Shown one piece after another: positions 31,231 to 41,056 of a stretch of DNA of 64,000 nucleotides. Below the pieces are notes generated by a model. That model saw only the letters and a list, made by a program, of their open reading frames with translations, ran no database searches and was not told the DNA's origin. How positions within the stretch are numbered: position 1 is the first letter of the stretch; every line of letters begins with the position of its first letter. Source of the stretch: an uncultured virus (IMG/VR IMGVR_UViG_3300042363_000251) (Duplodnaviria > Heunggongvirae > Uroviricota > Caudoviricetes); IMG/VR virus record IMGVR_UViG_3300042363_000251. The stretch is one strand, 5' to 3'. The translations under genes and the position numbers were made by a program.

Positions 31231-31637
31231 GGCATGGCGAGTAGATATAAAATCTACAAGCCACGGGTTATTCTTGAGGTACTTAGGCAACGATGAATTC
31301 AAACATTACAGTGGAGGATTGTCTATGTCTCACTAACCCATAAAGGGAGTTTGCCGTATTCGCTGTTAACGTTCAAACGCTATTCACCGAGGAGTTTGAA
31401 CCAGCCCAAGAGTATCTATCGCAATTACCATCTCTTGGCAACAACAACCATTTAGACACAAGAAACGTTTCTAACAAGGGTTAGACGTTTATGGCATCCC
31501 TATTCGGGGTAGTCTTGTGAATGGAGTCACTGATTTTACTCAGTTCAAGCTTAGACTCGCTTCTATACCCACACAACACGGATTGAGGTGGGACTTGGAT
31601 GTTATTGTGGCTAACACTTACCTTGCTTGATAAACAA
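31231..31637 (-). ncRNA. Candidate large structured non-coding RNA (~400 nt), family not recognised
   Basis: Largest non-coding gap in the window; about 43% GC by hand count over 31261-31620; at least eight helices, several with G-U pairs only on the minus strand. Confidence 0.65.
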
Positions 31638-31856
31638 TTATTCTATAAGTTTAAATATCAAAAACAAATCTTTAAGGGGATGATTCCATGGATCTTTTAC
31701 ACCATATGCTGTACAGCCAAATCTAGTATCATCGTCTAAGTGATCTTTTCCTTTGGTATAGTTTTCCATGTCAATACAAGTAAGTACTGTACCTTCAGGA
31801 ATCTTTGCTAATTCTTCTGGTGTAAAAAGATAAAGATCATCCTCCCATTTTTGCAT
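31638..31856 (-). CDS. Hypothetical protein
   Basis: 72-aa ORF with TAATG coupling to the MazG-like gene. Confidence 0.65.
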   Translation of the reverse strand: MQKWEDDLYLFTPEELAKIPEGTVLTCIDMENYTKGKDHLDDDTRFGCTAYGVKDPWNHPLKDLFLIFKLIE

Positions 31857-32284
31857 TATAAATCATTCTCTTTTCTATTTTCAGAATAGAATGGATCAAA
31901 CGTGCCGCCAGGATATCTTGCTTCAAGCTTTTTAACGTTTTCAGCAATCACATCGTTTGGATCTAAACCTAATGCTCTGCAAGCATTGATCCAATACCAA
32001 ATAATATCGCCTAGTTCACGTTTCATGTGGTAAACGTTTTCATCACTCAATTCTTTACCTTGAAAAATGATTTTTTTGTTTACCTCGATAAACTCTCCGC
32101 TTTCTGCTGCTAAACCCAAACATGCAGTAATCAGCAACGGAACATTTACTGCAGGCCCAGTTACATCTTCTTTATTTTGCGAATTTAGCTCTTCACACCT
32201 TTGCTGAAAAATGTGAAAATGATTGCTTGGGTTACTAGTTACAACCTCTACAAAATCTTTGTACTTGTTTAAATCAATATTCAT
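31856..32284 (-). CDS. mazG: MazG-like NTP pyrophosphohydrolase
   Basis: LGLAAESGEFIE..KK, ELGDIIWY, NVKKLEARYP. Confidence 0.85.
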   Translation of the reverse strand: MNIDLNKYKDFVEVVTSNPSNHFHIFQQRCEELNSQNKEDVTGPAVNVPLLITACLGLAAESGEFIEVNKKIIFQGKELSDENVYHMKRELGDIIWYWINACRALGLDPNDVIAENVKKLEARYPGGTFDPFYSENRKENDL

Positions 32285-32293
32285 GTGTTCTCC

Positions 32294-33478
32294 TCAAAAT
32301 GCTTTTAGTATGATCATAGCATCGTTAAATCTGCCATTTGGTGTAGTAGCAACAGCTTTGATATCTTTAAAAAACTTTCTGGCTGCTGGCTTACTACCCG
32401 TAATTTGTTTTAACTGTTCTTCTGGCTTCCGCAATATCTTTGCTTCACTTTCTTTAGTGTCAAAGCCTAAAAGTGTATTTCCCTTGACAATTAAACATTT
32501 GCTCATTTCATCAGCAACAAAGTGGTAAAGTTTGCGCTTAGCAGTATCGTATACCCAACATTCACTTGAGTTATGGAGCTTAGTAGGATCAATACTAACC
32601 AAATTCAGTTTTGTTTTTTCATCAATAAACTTACGCAAATATTTCAGTTTAGAAACTTGCTTTTCTACAGAAACAGGTTTTTTAGCTCGTTTTACTTTAT
32701 TAGTTTGTTTTAGCGCAACATACGAGTTAACCGCACTAGTAATAATGTCAATGTATTTGATTATATTTTTAATCTGCATTTTTGAAAGGTGTGAATAACC
32801 TTCTACTAATTGTTCATCAGTACCTTGCTGAACTTCAATAAGTTCGTCTTTAATGGGAGTAAATGGTTGAGTTACAATAGAAGTGTGTTGCGGCAAAATA
32901 CTTTTTTCAGACAAATAATTAATTACTTTTGTAGTAGGGTCAATACCTGTTTTACACCCATCACTAATGTATTCGTCTAGCATTCCTTGAAGTTCACCTG
33001 AAACATCACTTGCTCTTTCACGCATTATAATTTGAATGTTTCTTTTGTTAGTTTCTTCTACTACAACCGCAGCAGCTATAGTTTCTTCAGTTTCAGGATT
33101 TTCATCATCCATATGAACAAGCCTAGCTACTTCTTTAGCTAATCGCTTTTTTTCTTCTTCTGTTAGCTCAAATCCGCGTAAAGACATTCTAGCTAACCAG
33201 CCAAATGTGGGTGCCACTTTGTTATCGGGAGTTCGGAATACTTTTTTAGCAGTAGCAGTATCGCCAGTTGAATTAAGATAATCACATATAAACTGTTTTG
33301 CTTCTTTATTGGAGCAAAAGTAGTTATACCAGTTAAACGCACTACCCATAAAAGACAGTCGTTTTTGTTCAGTAGAGTAGTCAACTGATTTAGGTTCGTT
33401 TCCGTGCCCTTTAAGCCCAAACAAGTCTTTTGGGCGAAGATCACGAACTTCAGCAGTGTTTTTTTGTCTAATAGCCAT
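32294..33478 (-). CDS. Conserved-type hypothetical T4-like phage protein (start revised to 33478, MAIRQK)
   Basis: Long ORF; TAAATA motif at about 33502-33507 upstream of the ATG at 33478; C-terminal WVYDTAKRKL...VKGNTLLGFD...LRKPEEQL...NGRFN. Confidence 0.65.
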   Translation of the reverse strand: MAIRQKNTAEVRDLRPKDLFGLKGHGNEPKSVDYSTEQKRLSFMGSAFNWYNYFCSNKEAKQFICDYLNSTGDTATAKKVFRTPDNKVAPTFGWLARMSLRGFELTEEEKKRLAKEVARLVHMDDENPETEETIAAAVVVEETNKRNIQIIMRERASDVSGELQGMLDEYISDGCKTGIDPTTKVINYLSEKSILPQHTSIVTQPFTPIKDELIEVQQGTDEQLVEGYSHLSKMQIKNIIKYIDIITSAVNSYVALKQTNKVKRAKKPVSVEKQVSKLKYLRKFIDEKTKLNLVSIDPTKLHNSSECWVYDTAKRKLYHFVADEMSKCLIVKGNTLLGFDTKESEAKILRKPEEQLKQITGSKPAARKFFKDIKAVATTPNGRFNDAMIILKAF

Positions 33479-33598
33479 ACAATATGTTCTCTTTGTTGGG
33501 GTATTTATATCATGAATACATATGATAACAAATCTTTGAGCATTAGTCAATACCCGAAGATAAATATAATGATACGATAAAGTGTAAGGAGATCCAAA

Positions 33599-35314
33599 AT
33601 TCCAAGATTAAGCCTATATAGGCCCAATAAACAAAACGACTACAGATTTATGGATCGTACCATTTCGGAACAACTAACTGTAGGTGGGACAGACCTTTAC
33701 ATCCACAAGTATTTGGGTCCTACTAATCAAGGTCCGTCTATTGATTATACTCAGCCTGAATATGATAAGTTAGACCCAACTAACATTCAAGATTTGCTGT
33801 TCCTTGAAAACAGAGACAGAACATATGATCCTGATATTTATAGACTGCGAGGACACTATAACGTACAAAATTTAGATTTTGATTTGTCTCAGTTTGGTTT
33901 GTTTTTAAACAATGATATTATATTCATAGTAATACATTACAATGATATGATTGATATCATTGGTAGAAAATTAATGGTTGGTGATGTTTTAGAATTACCT
34001 CACTTATTAGATTATAATCCATTGAAAGAAACTATACCAGTGGCATTAAAAAGATTTTATCAAGTAACCGATTCTAATTATGCTAGCGAAGGATTTTCAC
34101 AAACTTGGTATCCTCACTTATGGCGTATAAAGTGCGAGCCGCTAGTTGACAGTCAAGAGTTTTCACAAATACTTAATGAACCAATTAATAAAGACAATTA
34201 TCTTGGGCTATGGGAACCTGATCGTGTATATCCTGAAGGATATGTAATTTCATATGGTGATAAAAATTATATTGCAAAACAAGAAGTACCTATAGGAAAA
34301 CTTCCACCTGATCCAGTATACTGGGAACTAGATACAGCACAAGATTTGAAAGATATTTTAAGTACCTATAATACAAATATTAGTATCAACAACGCTGCGT
34401 TAGAAGAAGCTAAACGATTAGTACCAAAAGCTGGTTATGATACTAGTAAACTTTATATTGTTCCAACATATGGACCGTTTCAACAAAACGGCGCTTTATC
34501 ATCTAACTATAGACAGCCTGCTCCACCTTATAGCGTTATCGCTAACTTGAATGGTTCACCTAATTCAGTAACTGCGTCAGTAGTATCAATGCGTAATCCT
34601 AAGTACAAAACACCGAGTATTGGTATCAAGATATCTAAAGACTCATTAAAAAGTATTTGGGATATGACAGCAGACATGGATTTTAGTGAAAAACTAGACA
34701 AGTTTGTACAAGCTAGTTTACAAGTAGTTGTTGAAGCACCTGAACTAACTGATACAGGATCAGGTTCAGTTGAAGGAACAAAAGTATTATCAGTACAGTC
34801 TTTGGGGGTAATAACTGGTCCTTATGGTACCACAGACAACACTTATGCAACAGCAGATCAAGATCCTACTCAACCGGGCTTTACTGATGAAATAACTTCT
34901 GTAATGGACTTTAGAGCAGATTGTGATCCTAGATTTCAATTTATTGTACGTGCTACTCCTCAAACTTTTGGCTATACAAGTGGTTACTTAACCGGTGATG
35001 GTAGTGCCCCTAACGGATTCCCTACAGGCGCAGGTATATCATTTCCGCAAAATCCGCAAGTGGGAGATTACTTCTTGCGTATAGATTATTTGCCTCAGAT
35101 ACTTTATCGCTGGGACGGAAGAATATGGGTACGAATTTCTGAAAACGTAAGAACTGAAACCGGATTTACATATGATGACAAATCGTTACTATCAGGATTT
35201 ATTAATGATCAAGCAGAAATCTATCTAAATAACACACAAGGAGCAGTTCCTGAATCGCAGGCGCTTTCTACTATATTACAACCAACACCTGATGTGTTAC
35301 CTCCAGAGGAATAA
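33599..35314 (+). CDS. Neck/head-closure protein (T4 gp14-like N-terminus), probable ATT start
   Basis: LFLENRDRTY, DLSQFGLFL, MVGDVLELP, WRIKCEP; lies next to the gp15-like gene; TAAGGAG SD 7 nt before an in-frame ATT at 33599. Confidence 0.7.
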   Translation: MPRLSLYRPNKQNDYRFMDRTISEQLTVGGTDLYIHKYLGPTNQGPSIDYTQPEYDKLDPTNIQDLLFLENRDRTYDPDIYRLRGHYNVQNLDFDLSQFGLFLNNDIIFIVIHYNDMIDIIGRKLMVGDVLELPHLLDYNPLKETIPVALKRFYQVTDSNYASEGFSQTWYPHLWRIKCEPLVDSQEFSQILNEPINKDNYLGLWEPDRVYPEGYVISYGDKNYIAKQEVPIGKLPPDPVYWELDTAQDLKDILSTYNTNISINNAALEEAKRLVPKAGYDTSKLYIVPTYGPFQQNGALSSNYRQPAPPYSVIANLNGSPNSVTASVVSMRNPKYKTPSIGIKISKDSLKSIWDMTADMDFSEKLDKFVQASLQVVVEAPELTDTGSGSVEGTKVLSVQSLGVITGPYGTTDNTYATADQDPTQPGFTDEITSVMDFRADCDPRFQFIVRATPQTFGYTSGYLTGDGSAPNGFPTGAGISFPQNPQVGDYFLRIDYLPQILYRWDGRIWVRISENVRTETGFTYDDKSLLSGFINDQAEIYLNNTQGAVPESQALSTILQPTPDVLPPEE

Positions 35315-35317
35315 AAA

Positions 35318-36688
35318 TTGGCAGATTTTCATTATGATAACCAGATTAGAAGATTTTTAATTCAATTTGGAAAAATTTTCTCCAATTGGCAAGTTACTAA
35401 AGGTAAAGACCCGGCAGGCAATGTTATATTATCACGAGTTCCGGTAATGTACGGAGATTCAAGTAGGCAAGCAGCTACAATCATTGCTAACAACAGTGCT
35501 AGTAATTTACCATCTACTCCTCTGTTTACTTACTATATCAATGGCTTGGAATATGATCAGAAAAGAACACAAGTACCTACGTTTGTAGATAAAATTAATG
35601 TAAGACAAAGAGCATATGATCAAGAAACACTATCATATGAAACTACTCAGGGACAAGCTTTTACTGTAGAAAGATTAATGCCGGTGCCGTATACTCTTAG
35701 ATTAACGGTAGACTTATGGACTTCTAATACTCAACAAAAATTAGAAATCATGGAACAGTTAGGAGTATTATTTAATCCGTCTTTAGAAATTCAAAGCACT
35801 GACAATTACATTGATTGGACTTCATTAACTGTAGTATATCAAGACGGGATAACGTTTTCTAGCAGAAGTATACCTCAAGGAACAGGAAATCCTATAGATG
35901 TATTAAGTTGGAAGTTTTATATGCCCATTTGGATTAGTGCTCCGGCAAAACTTAAAAAGATGGGAGTTATTCAAAAGATTATTGCATCTATTCATGAAGG
36001 TAGTGCAATTGATGATATACAAAATGACGATATATTATTAGGAACTAGACAAAAAATTACTGCTTATGGATATAAAGTATTATTAATAGGTAATTCGTTG
36101 CAACTTCTTCCCGCTAATCAACCATTTAATCCTCCTAATGTTGACTTAAATTTACCACCGTCACCTGATACTTCACTTTATTGGTCAAGTGTATTAAACG
36201 TATACGGTGCTATCCAACCAGGTATATCACAAATATGGTTACAAAATCCATATATGGAAACTGATATCGTTGGTACTATTGTGTCTGATCCGTTAGATGA
36301 TAGACTATTAATTTATAACATAGATCCAGATACACTACCACAAAATACACTAAATCCAGTAGACAGTGTGATCAATCCGCTATCAACTGGTCCTAATGCA
36401 GGGTTGCCAGGCCCAATAAACGGAAAAAGATATTTAATAGTAGAGTCTATAGGATCAGAAGATGCTACCACAGTTGCATGGGGAAATTTAGTAGCTAACG
36501 CTAATGACATAATTCAATATAACTCAAGCGCAGGAGAATGGCAAGTATCATTTGATAGTGAAAACTCAGAAGATATTGAGTTTGTTACTAACATAACAAC
36601 CAATGTTCAGTATAGATTTGTAGACGGTACTTGGATGAAGTCAGTAGAAGGTTGGTATGATCAGGGAGACTGGTCCGTAGTAATCTAA
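35318..36688 (+). CDS. gp15: Tail terminator / sheath stabiliser (T4 gp15-like)
   Basis: FHYDNQIRRFLIQFGKIFSN, VPVMYG, MPVPYTL, QKLEIMEQL..LFNP; TTG start with GAGGA SD. Confidence 0.82.
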   Translation: MADFHYDNQIRRFLIQFGKIFSNWQVTKGKDPAGNVILSRVPVMYGDSSRQAATIIANNSASNLPSTPLFTYYINGLEYDQKRTQVPTFVDKINVRQRAYDQETLSYETTQGQAFTVERLMPVPYTLRLTVDLWTSNTQQKLEIMEQLGVLFNPSLEIQSTDNYIDWTSLTVVYQDGITFSSRSIPQGTGNPIDVLSWKFYMPIWISAPAKLKKMGVIQKIIASIHEGSAIDDIQNDDILLGTRQKITAYGYKVLLIGNSLQLLPANQPFNPPNVDLNLPPSPDTSLYWSSVLNVYGAIQPGISQIWLQNPYMETDIVGTIVSDPLDDRLLIYNIDPDTLPQNTLNPVDSVINPLSTGPNAGLPGPINGKRYLIVESIGSEDATTVAWGNLVANANDIIQYNSSAGEWQVSFDSENSEDIEFVTNITTNVQYRFVDGTWMKSVEGWYDQGDWSVVI

Positions 36689-36690
36689 CA

Positions 36691-37101
36691 ATGAAACAAG
36701 CAGCTGGAATTTTCTTTTATAGTACATCAACTGATAGATATCTTTACTTACTTAGATCAGACGCTAAAAATCCAAGTTGGAGTATTCCTGGTGGGGGTAT
36801 TGAAAAAGAAGAAACTCTTTTAACAGGTTTAACTCGTGAGTGTTTAGAAGAAATGAATGTAGATATTAATGGTTTCAAACTTATACCTATTCAAAAATTT
36901 GTAAATAATGATTTTATATACCATACTTTTTATAGTGAAGTTGAAAAAGAATTTATACCTGAGCTAAACTATGAGCATATAGGTTATGCTTGGGTAGGCA
37001 ATGATCAGTATCCAAAACCTTTACATCCTGGATTGTTTTCTACGATAAATTTTGATTTAGTACAAGATAAATTAAAAGCGTTAAAAGAAAAACGGCTCTA
37101 A
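36691..37101 (+). CDS. Nudix hydrolase
   Basis: Nudix box PGGGIEKEETLLTGLTRECLEEM. Confidence 0.88.
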   Translation: MKQAAGIFFYSTSTDRYLYLLRSDAKNPSWSIPGGGIEKEETLLTGLTRECLEEMNVDINGFKLIPIQKFVNNDFIYHTFYSEVEKEFIPELNYEHIGYAWVGNDQYPKPLHPGLFSTINFDLVQDKLKALKEKRL

Positions 37102-37111
37102 GAGCCGTTTT
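37089..37111. terminator. Bidirectional terminator
   Basis: AAAACGGCTC-TAA-GAGCCGTTTT between convergent genes. Confidence 0.85.
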
Positions 37112-37116
37112 CTAAT

Positions 37117-37425
37117 TCAACTGAATATAATACTTAAAACAAATGAACCCAAAGAGCCGATAACTAATCCGGCTCCCATGATCATCCATTTCCACTTTTC
37201 TAACTCAGATATTTTTCCAGACATTTCTTTATGTGAAGCAATATTGTCAGCTTGAAAATCTTTTATTAACTTGGTAGCTGTTTCAGAACTTTCTTTTATG
37301 TCTTCACGAATACTGTTTACATCTGTTTTAAGATCATCTATTTTTTCATCTAGGTTGGTAAATCTAACCTGAAGTATGGCAATTTCTGTTTCTGCTTGTT
37401 TTAATTGCTGCGTAGATGAACTCAT
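37117..37425 (-). CDS. Coiled-coil protein with a C-terminal transmembrane helix (possibly holin/XhlA-like)
   Basis: Heptad coiled coil followed by WKWMIMGAGLVIGSLGSFVLSIIF. Confidence 0.55.
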   Translation of the reverse strand: MSSSTQQLKQAETEIAILQVRFTNLDEKIDDLKTDVNSIREDIKESSETATKLIKDFQADNIASHKEMSGKISELEKWKWMIMGAGLVIGSLGSFVLSIIFS

Positions 37426-37431
37426 GATTTA

Positions 37432-38700
37432 TTACGCATTACCGATAGTTACGATAGGGTAAGGCTGTCCGTCTGTAGCATTTGCAGCAGCAGCAGTATT
37501 AAACGTACCAAACGCTGGATCAGCATTTGCAAGAACAATATTACCTGTAGCTACCGGACCAGATGTTGAACTAAACAATTCAGCAGTGTGATCGCTCAAG
37601 CTTTGAACTTTAACTGTACTTGAGTTAGCGTATGTAGCAGTAATAGTCATAGTGTTTGGTAACATAGCAGTGTTAGCAACGTTAGCAGTAAAACATTGTC
37701 CTATTAATCCGCTTGAAGTACCTTGTACTAAGTACTTTTGCTTGCCTTTTTGACGAACAATGTAGCCTGCTTCTGGAGTTGCATAAATGTATGAAGCTCC
37801 TGTTGATGCGACGGCAGCGTTTGCAACTAGTTCAACTACATCCTGTTGAGCGTCAGGAGTACCAGTAGCATTGGACAAATCAACTTCTGATCCAGCCAAT
37901 GTTGTTGAAACAGTAAATGCGGATGCGTTAGCAATTGCTTTAACAAAATAAATTTCACCAGATACTAGACCACCTAAGTTAGCAGTAAATCTTACTGTAC
38001 CATTAGCAATCAATGTCTGAGCATTACCTGAAGTACCAATGATGTTACCTGTGTTTTGTGTGTTAGCAACAGCAACGGTTGTTAAACCAGGAACTGTGTT
38101 TGCAAAACCTATTGTAGTGTAATCAGTAGTTGTACTATTAATGTTTGCGCTTGCAACTTGAATTACAGAACCTACACTTAGTGTGTTTGCCAAGTCAGTA
38201 CCAATACCAGTTACATACGCGGTATCAGTAGCAGAATACAATGTACCAGTACCGTTAACGCCAAGAGCAACGTTAGCTAATACTTGCTTTCCAAATATTG
38301 CAGTGTTACCACCTACTACTGAGTAAGTATTTGCGTTAGTAGCTGGATATCCAGTACCACCAGTTGGGTTGTTAAAGTATCCGTCAACTACTGCAAATGA
38401 TGCTTTAACTGTTCCACCTGATGAATTAGTCAGCGTAGCCATCACACGTGGTTGAACGCTTAGGTCTGTTTCTGAAACACTGAGAGTAGTGTTTGACAGA
38501 ATGGTATCAACATAATATATCACACCGGCGACCAAACCACTGATGTTTGATGCAACTACGAATGGCATACCTGCTGTTATACCTACTGTAGGTGATGTAG
38601 TTAAATTTCCACCTGATACTGTGACGATACTGCCTGTTGTTGCTGTATCAGTAATTGTTAAGACTGCTTGTGCTTTAGCGATTTTTAGGGGTCTGCCCAT
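37432..38700 (-). CDS. Virion structural protein
   Basis: T/A/G/N-rich beta protein; GLVxG.IY(Y/F)V repeats; YIVRQKGKQKYLV; late motif upstream. Confidence 0.65.
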   Translation of the reverse strand: MGRPLKIAKAQAVLTITDTATTGSIVTVSGGNLTTSPTVGITAGMPFVVASNISGLVAGVIYYVDTILSNTTLSVSETDLSVQPRVMATLTNSSGGTVKASFAVVDGYFNNPTGGTGYPATNANTYSVVGGNTAIFGKQVLANVALGVNGTGTLYSATDTAYVTGIGTDLANTLSVGSVIQVASANINSTTTDYTTIGFANTVPGLTTVAVANTQNTGNIIGTSGNAQTLIANGTVRFTANLGGLVSGEIYFVKAIANASAFTVSTTLAGSEVDLSNATGTPDAQQDVVELVANAAVASTGASYIYATPEAGYIVRQKGKQKYLVQGTSSGLIGQCFTANVANTAMLPNTMTITATYANSSTVKVQSLSDHTAELFSSTSGPVATGNIVLANADPAFGTFNTAAAANATDGQPYPIVTIGNA

Positions 38701-38802
38701 GATTTTTCTCCATTGTGATCCGGGTTTTAGCCGGTACGTATTAAAATCTACGTAAATTCTCCTTATGAGAATATTAAAACTATTTATCTAGAAGTTCTAA
38801 AA

Positions 38803-39327
38803 TCAGTATCCAGTAGTACCAGTGTTAGCATGTGGCATACCTAATTCAGTAATACTGAATTCTGCTCCAGCGCCGCCACCTGTTGTAAGAAATGCTACTA
38901 CATTGCCTTGACCACAATAAACACTATTGAAGCTATCGTTAGCAGAATAAATCTCTGAGTTTTGTGTAGCAATTGCAAACGGGACGCCTGCATTATTGAA
39001 AGTGTATACTGTATTTGATAATGCTACTACCGCATTTCCAGTTAATGTCAAACTAGTAGCGTTAGCAATGTTTGCTACAATACCAACAGTACTTCCTGTT
39101 GTGTTGCCTATCCAAGCACCAACGGTAAGTTGCGTACTAAACGCAGTTCCTACACCAGTAACTGCTGTGGTGTTGGTTGCTGCCGTTGCTGTTCCGGTGC
39201 CGGTAACTCTGGGATACCCAGTAACGGCGTGAATACCAACGGTGGTAGTTGCTATTCTAATCTTATCCGTAGCAATGTTTGCTGATTGCTGTGATACTAA
39301 ATTACCTGTATATACATATGATGCCAT
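38803..39327 (-). CDS. Virion structural protein
   Basis: T/A/G-rich; VTGVGTAFSTQLTVG fibre-type motif. Confidence 0.6.
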   Translation of the reverse strand: MASYVYTGNLVSQQSANIATDKIRIATTTVGIHAVTGYPRVTGTGTATAATNTTAVTGVGTAFSTQLTVGAWIGNTTGSTVGIVANIANATSLTLTGNAVVALSNTVYTFNNAGVPFAIATQNSEIYSANDSFNSVYCGQGNVVAFLTTGGGAGAEFSITELGMPHANTGTTGY

Positions 39328-39349
39328 TTTTATTTTCCTATTATTTTAT

Positions 39350-41056
39350 TTATGAGTAAGTTGCGCCTACAGTATACCACTGAGTGGCACTTATAGCATA
39401 GTACTGTAAACTAGCTGTTGCTATGTGTGTATATGCTGCATTTGTTGCTAAAGAGTTAATCGCGGCGCTAGTAGATGGATAAACGTTCAAACTTGTAGCA
39501 CTTGTATTATTTACAATAATAACCATACCTGCGACCGCTGTTGGTAATCTAACACCCTGTCCTGCACTAACTGTAGAAACTACATTAATATCTTTTGCTA
39601 ATGCTGTTGCATCACCCTGTACTGTACCAGCAGCACTAATTGCCGTTGCAACACTTCTAATTACATGAGTAGAAGTAGTAATGTTAGCACTAGTAATGTT
39701 ACCAGTAACAGCAAGTGATGTTAATGTACCAACTGATGTAACGTTTGGTTGTGCTGCTGTTGTTAAAGTACCGGTTAATAACTGGGCACCAATAGTGCCT
39801 GAGTTAGCATAAACGTTACCTGATGTGATATTACCAGTAACCGCAAGTGATGTTAAAGTGCCTACTGATGTAACGTTTGGTTGTGCTGCTGTTGTTAATG
39901 TACCGGTTAGTAACGAAGCACCTAAGTTACCAACGTTAGCATTACCAGTTACGGTTAGTGTGCCAGTAATGTTGGCGCCAGTTCCAGTGACGACCAGTAT
40001 GTTCGCATTACCAACAGCACTAATATTAACATTACCATTTGCTGCAGGAATATTTACATTTGAATTACCGTTTACTACTGATCCAGAAGTAGCAACATTA
40101 AGATTAGCTACTTGGGTAATTGATGTCACTTGTAGCGGGGGAGTTCCGTTAGCTACGTTTGATAAAAATCTTGAAGCAGTTGCTACGCCGGTAGCATTTA
40201 AGTTACCTACATTAGCATTACCGTTAACATATAATAAACTACCGTTCCAAGTAAGATCGGTGTCACCATCAAAAGATACACCATCATTATATTGAATAGA
40301 ATTAGTAGTTCCTCCTACTAATCCTCCACCGCCAGCGGCACCTAATGCGGTAGTTGCAATAGCAAGAGAATTAGGAAGATTATCATACTCTAAGCTTCCG
40401 TCTATAAATGCATTGGCTAAATCTAACGCATCAGTTAAGAATAATATTACGTTACCCGAAGTTGGGTAGTCTGTAGCAAGTCTTACGTAGAAAACTTCTG
40501 AGTTAACGTTTGCGTTACTGTTTCCTTCTACGCCCGAAATAGTTATTTCTAAACCGTTGGAATACGGAGTAGTGGGATCAACTTCCATGATTACAGTATT
40601 AGCACCGTAACCGAACGCATTAGCACCATCAGGTGTTAAATCTATGATATCAGTAGCAAGTGTACCCTTAGGAGTCCAACTTAAATTTCCCGATCCATCA
40701 GTTTGTAGAACATATCCAATAGCACCACCGGTAATTCTAACATTAGATACATCACCCAACGTAATTAAACCGCCTGCTGATCCGCCGCGATTGACCCAGT
40801 TATTACCATCATATGCTAATACTTGACCGTTGACTACAGTATTGCTTATATTTAAATTACCAATGGAACCTTCTATCTGACTAAAGTCTATTTCAGAATA
40901 AGAAGTTAAAACTTCAATATTTTCGTTGGGGGTTTCTTTACCTATGAACAGACGTTTTTCGTCTGATGCCCAGCCGAACTCTGCTTCAGAGAGTTGAGGA
41001 AGATCAACTAGGTTGCCTGATCTTTGCTGTTGTTTTGAGATTTGTATAATGGCCAT
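39350..41056 (-). CDS. Tail fibre protein
   Basis: N-terminal IQISKQQQRSG...LPQLSEAEFGWASDEKRLFIG anchor motif; repeated TGTLTTAAQPNVTSVGTL; C-terminal tip shared with 16685..18475. Confidence 0.8.
   Translation of the reverse strand: MAIIQISKQQQRSGNLVDLPQLSEAEFGWASDEKRLFIGKETPNENIEVLTSYSEIDFSQIEGSIGNLNISNTVVNGQVLAYDGNNWVNRGGSAGGLITLGDVSNVRITGGAIGYVLQTDGSGNLSWTPKGTLATDIIDLTPDGANAFGYGANTVIMEVDPTTPYSNGLEITISGVEGNSNANVNSEVFYVRLATDYPTSGNVILFLTDALDLANAFIDGSLEYDNLPNSLAIATTALGAAGGGGLVGGTTNSIQYNDGVSFDGDTDLTWNGSLLYVNGNANVGNLNATGVATASRFLSNVANGTPPLQVTSITQVANLNVATSGSVVNGNSNVNIPAANGNVNISAVGNANILVVTGTGANITGTLTVTGNANVGNLGASLLTGTLTTAAQPNVTSVGTLTSLAVTGNITSGNVYANSGTIGAQLLTGTLTTAAQPNVTSVGTLTSLAVTGNITSANITTSTHVIRSVATAISAAGTVQGDATALAKDINVVSTVSAGQGVRLPTAVAGMVIIVNNTSATSLNVYPSTSAAINSLATNAAYTHIATASLQYYAISATQWYTVGATYS

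Noticed and set aside
31121..31336. 71-aa plus-strand ORF overlapping the candidate ncRNA
   Set aside because: TTG start antisense to the neck gene, no SD, no protein-like features; the region is better explained by RNA structure
31231..31637. tmRNA, tRNA, RNase P, or group I/II intron identity for the structured region
   Set aside because: No GTTCRA T-loop or CCA acceptor end, no GAGGAAAGTCC P4 motif, no group II domain V, and no interrupted gene on either side
39350..39700. Diversity-generating retroelement (TR/VR pair) between the two fibre tips
   Set aside because: Both copies are coding, differences are not adenine-specific, and no reverse transcriptase is in the window
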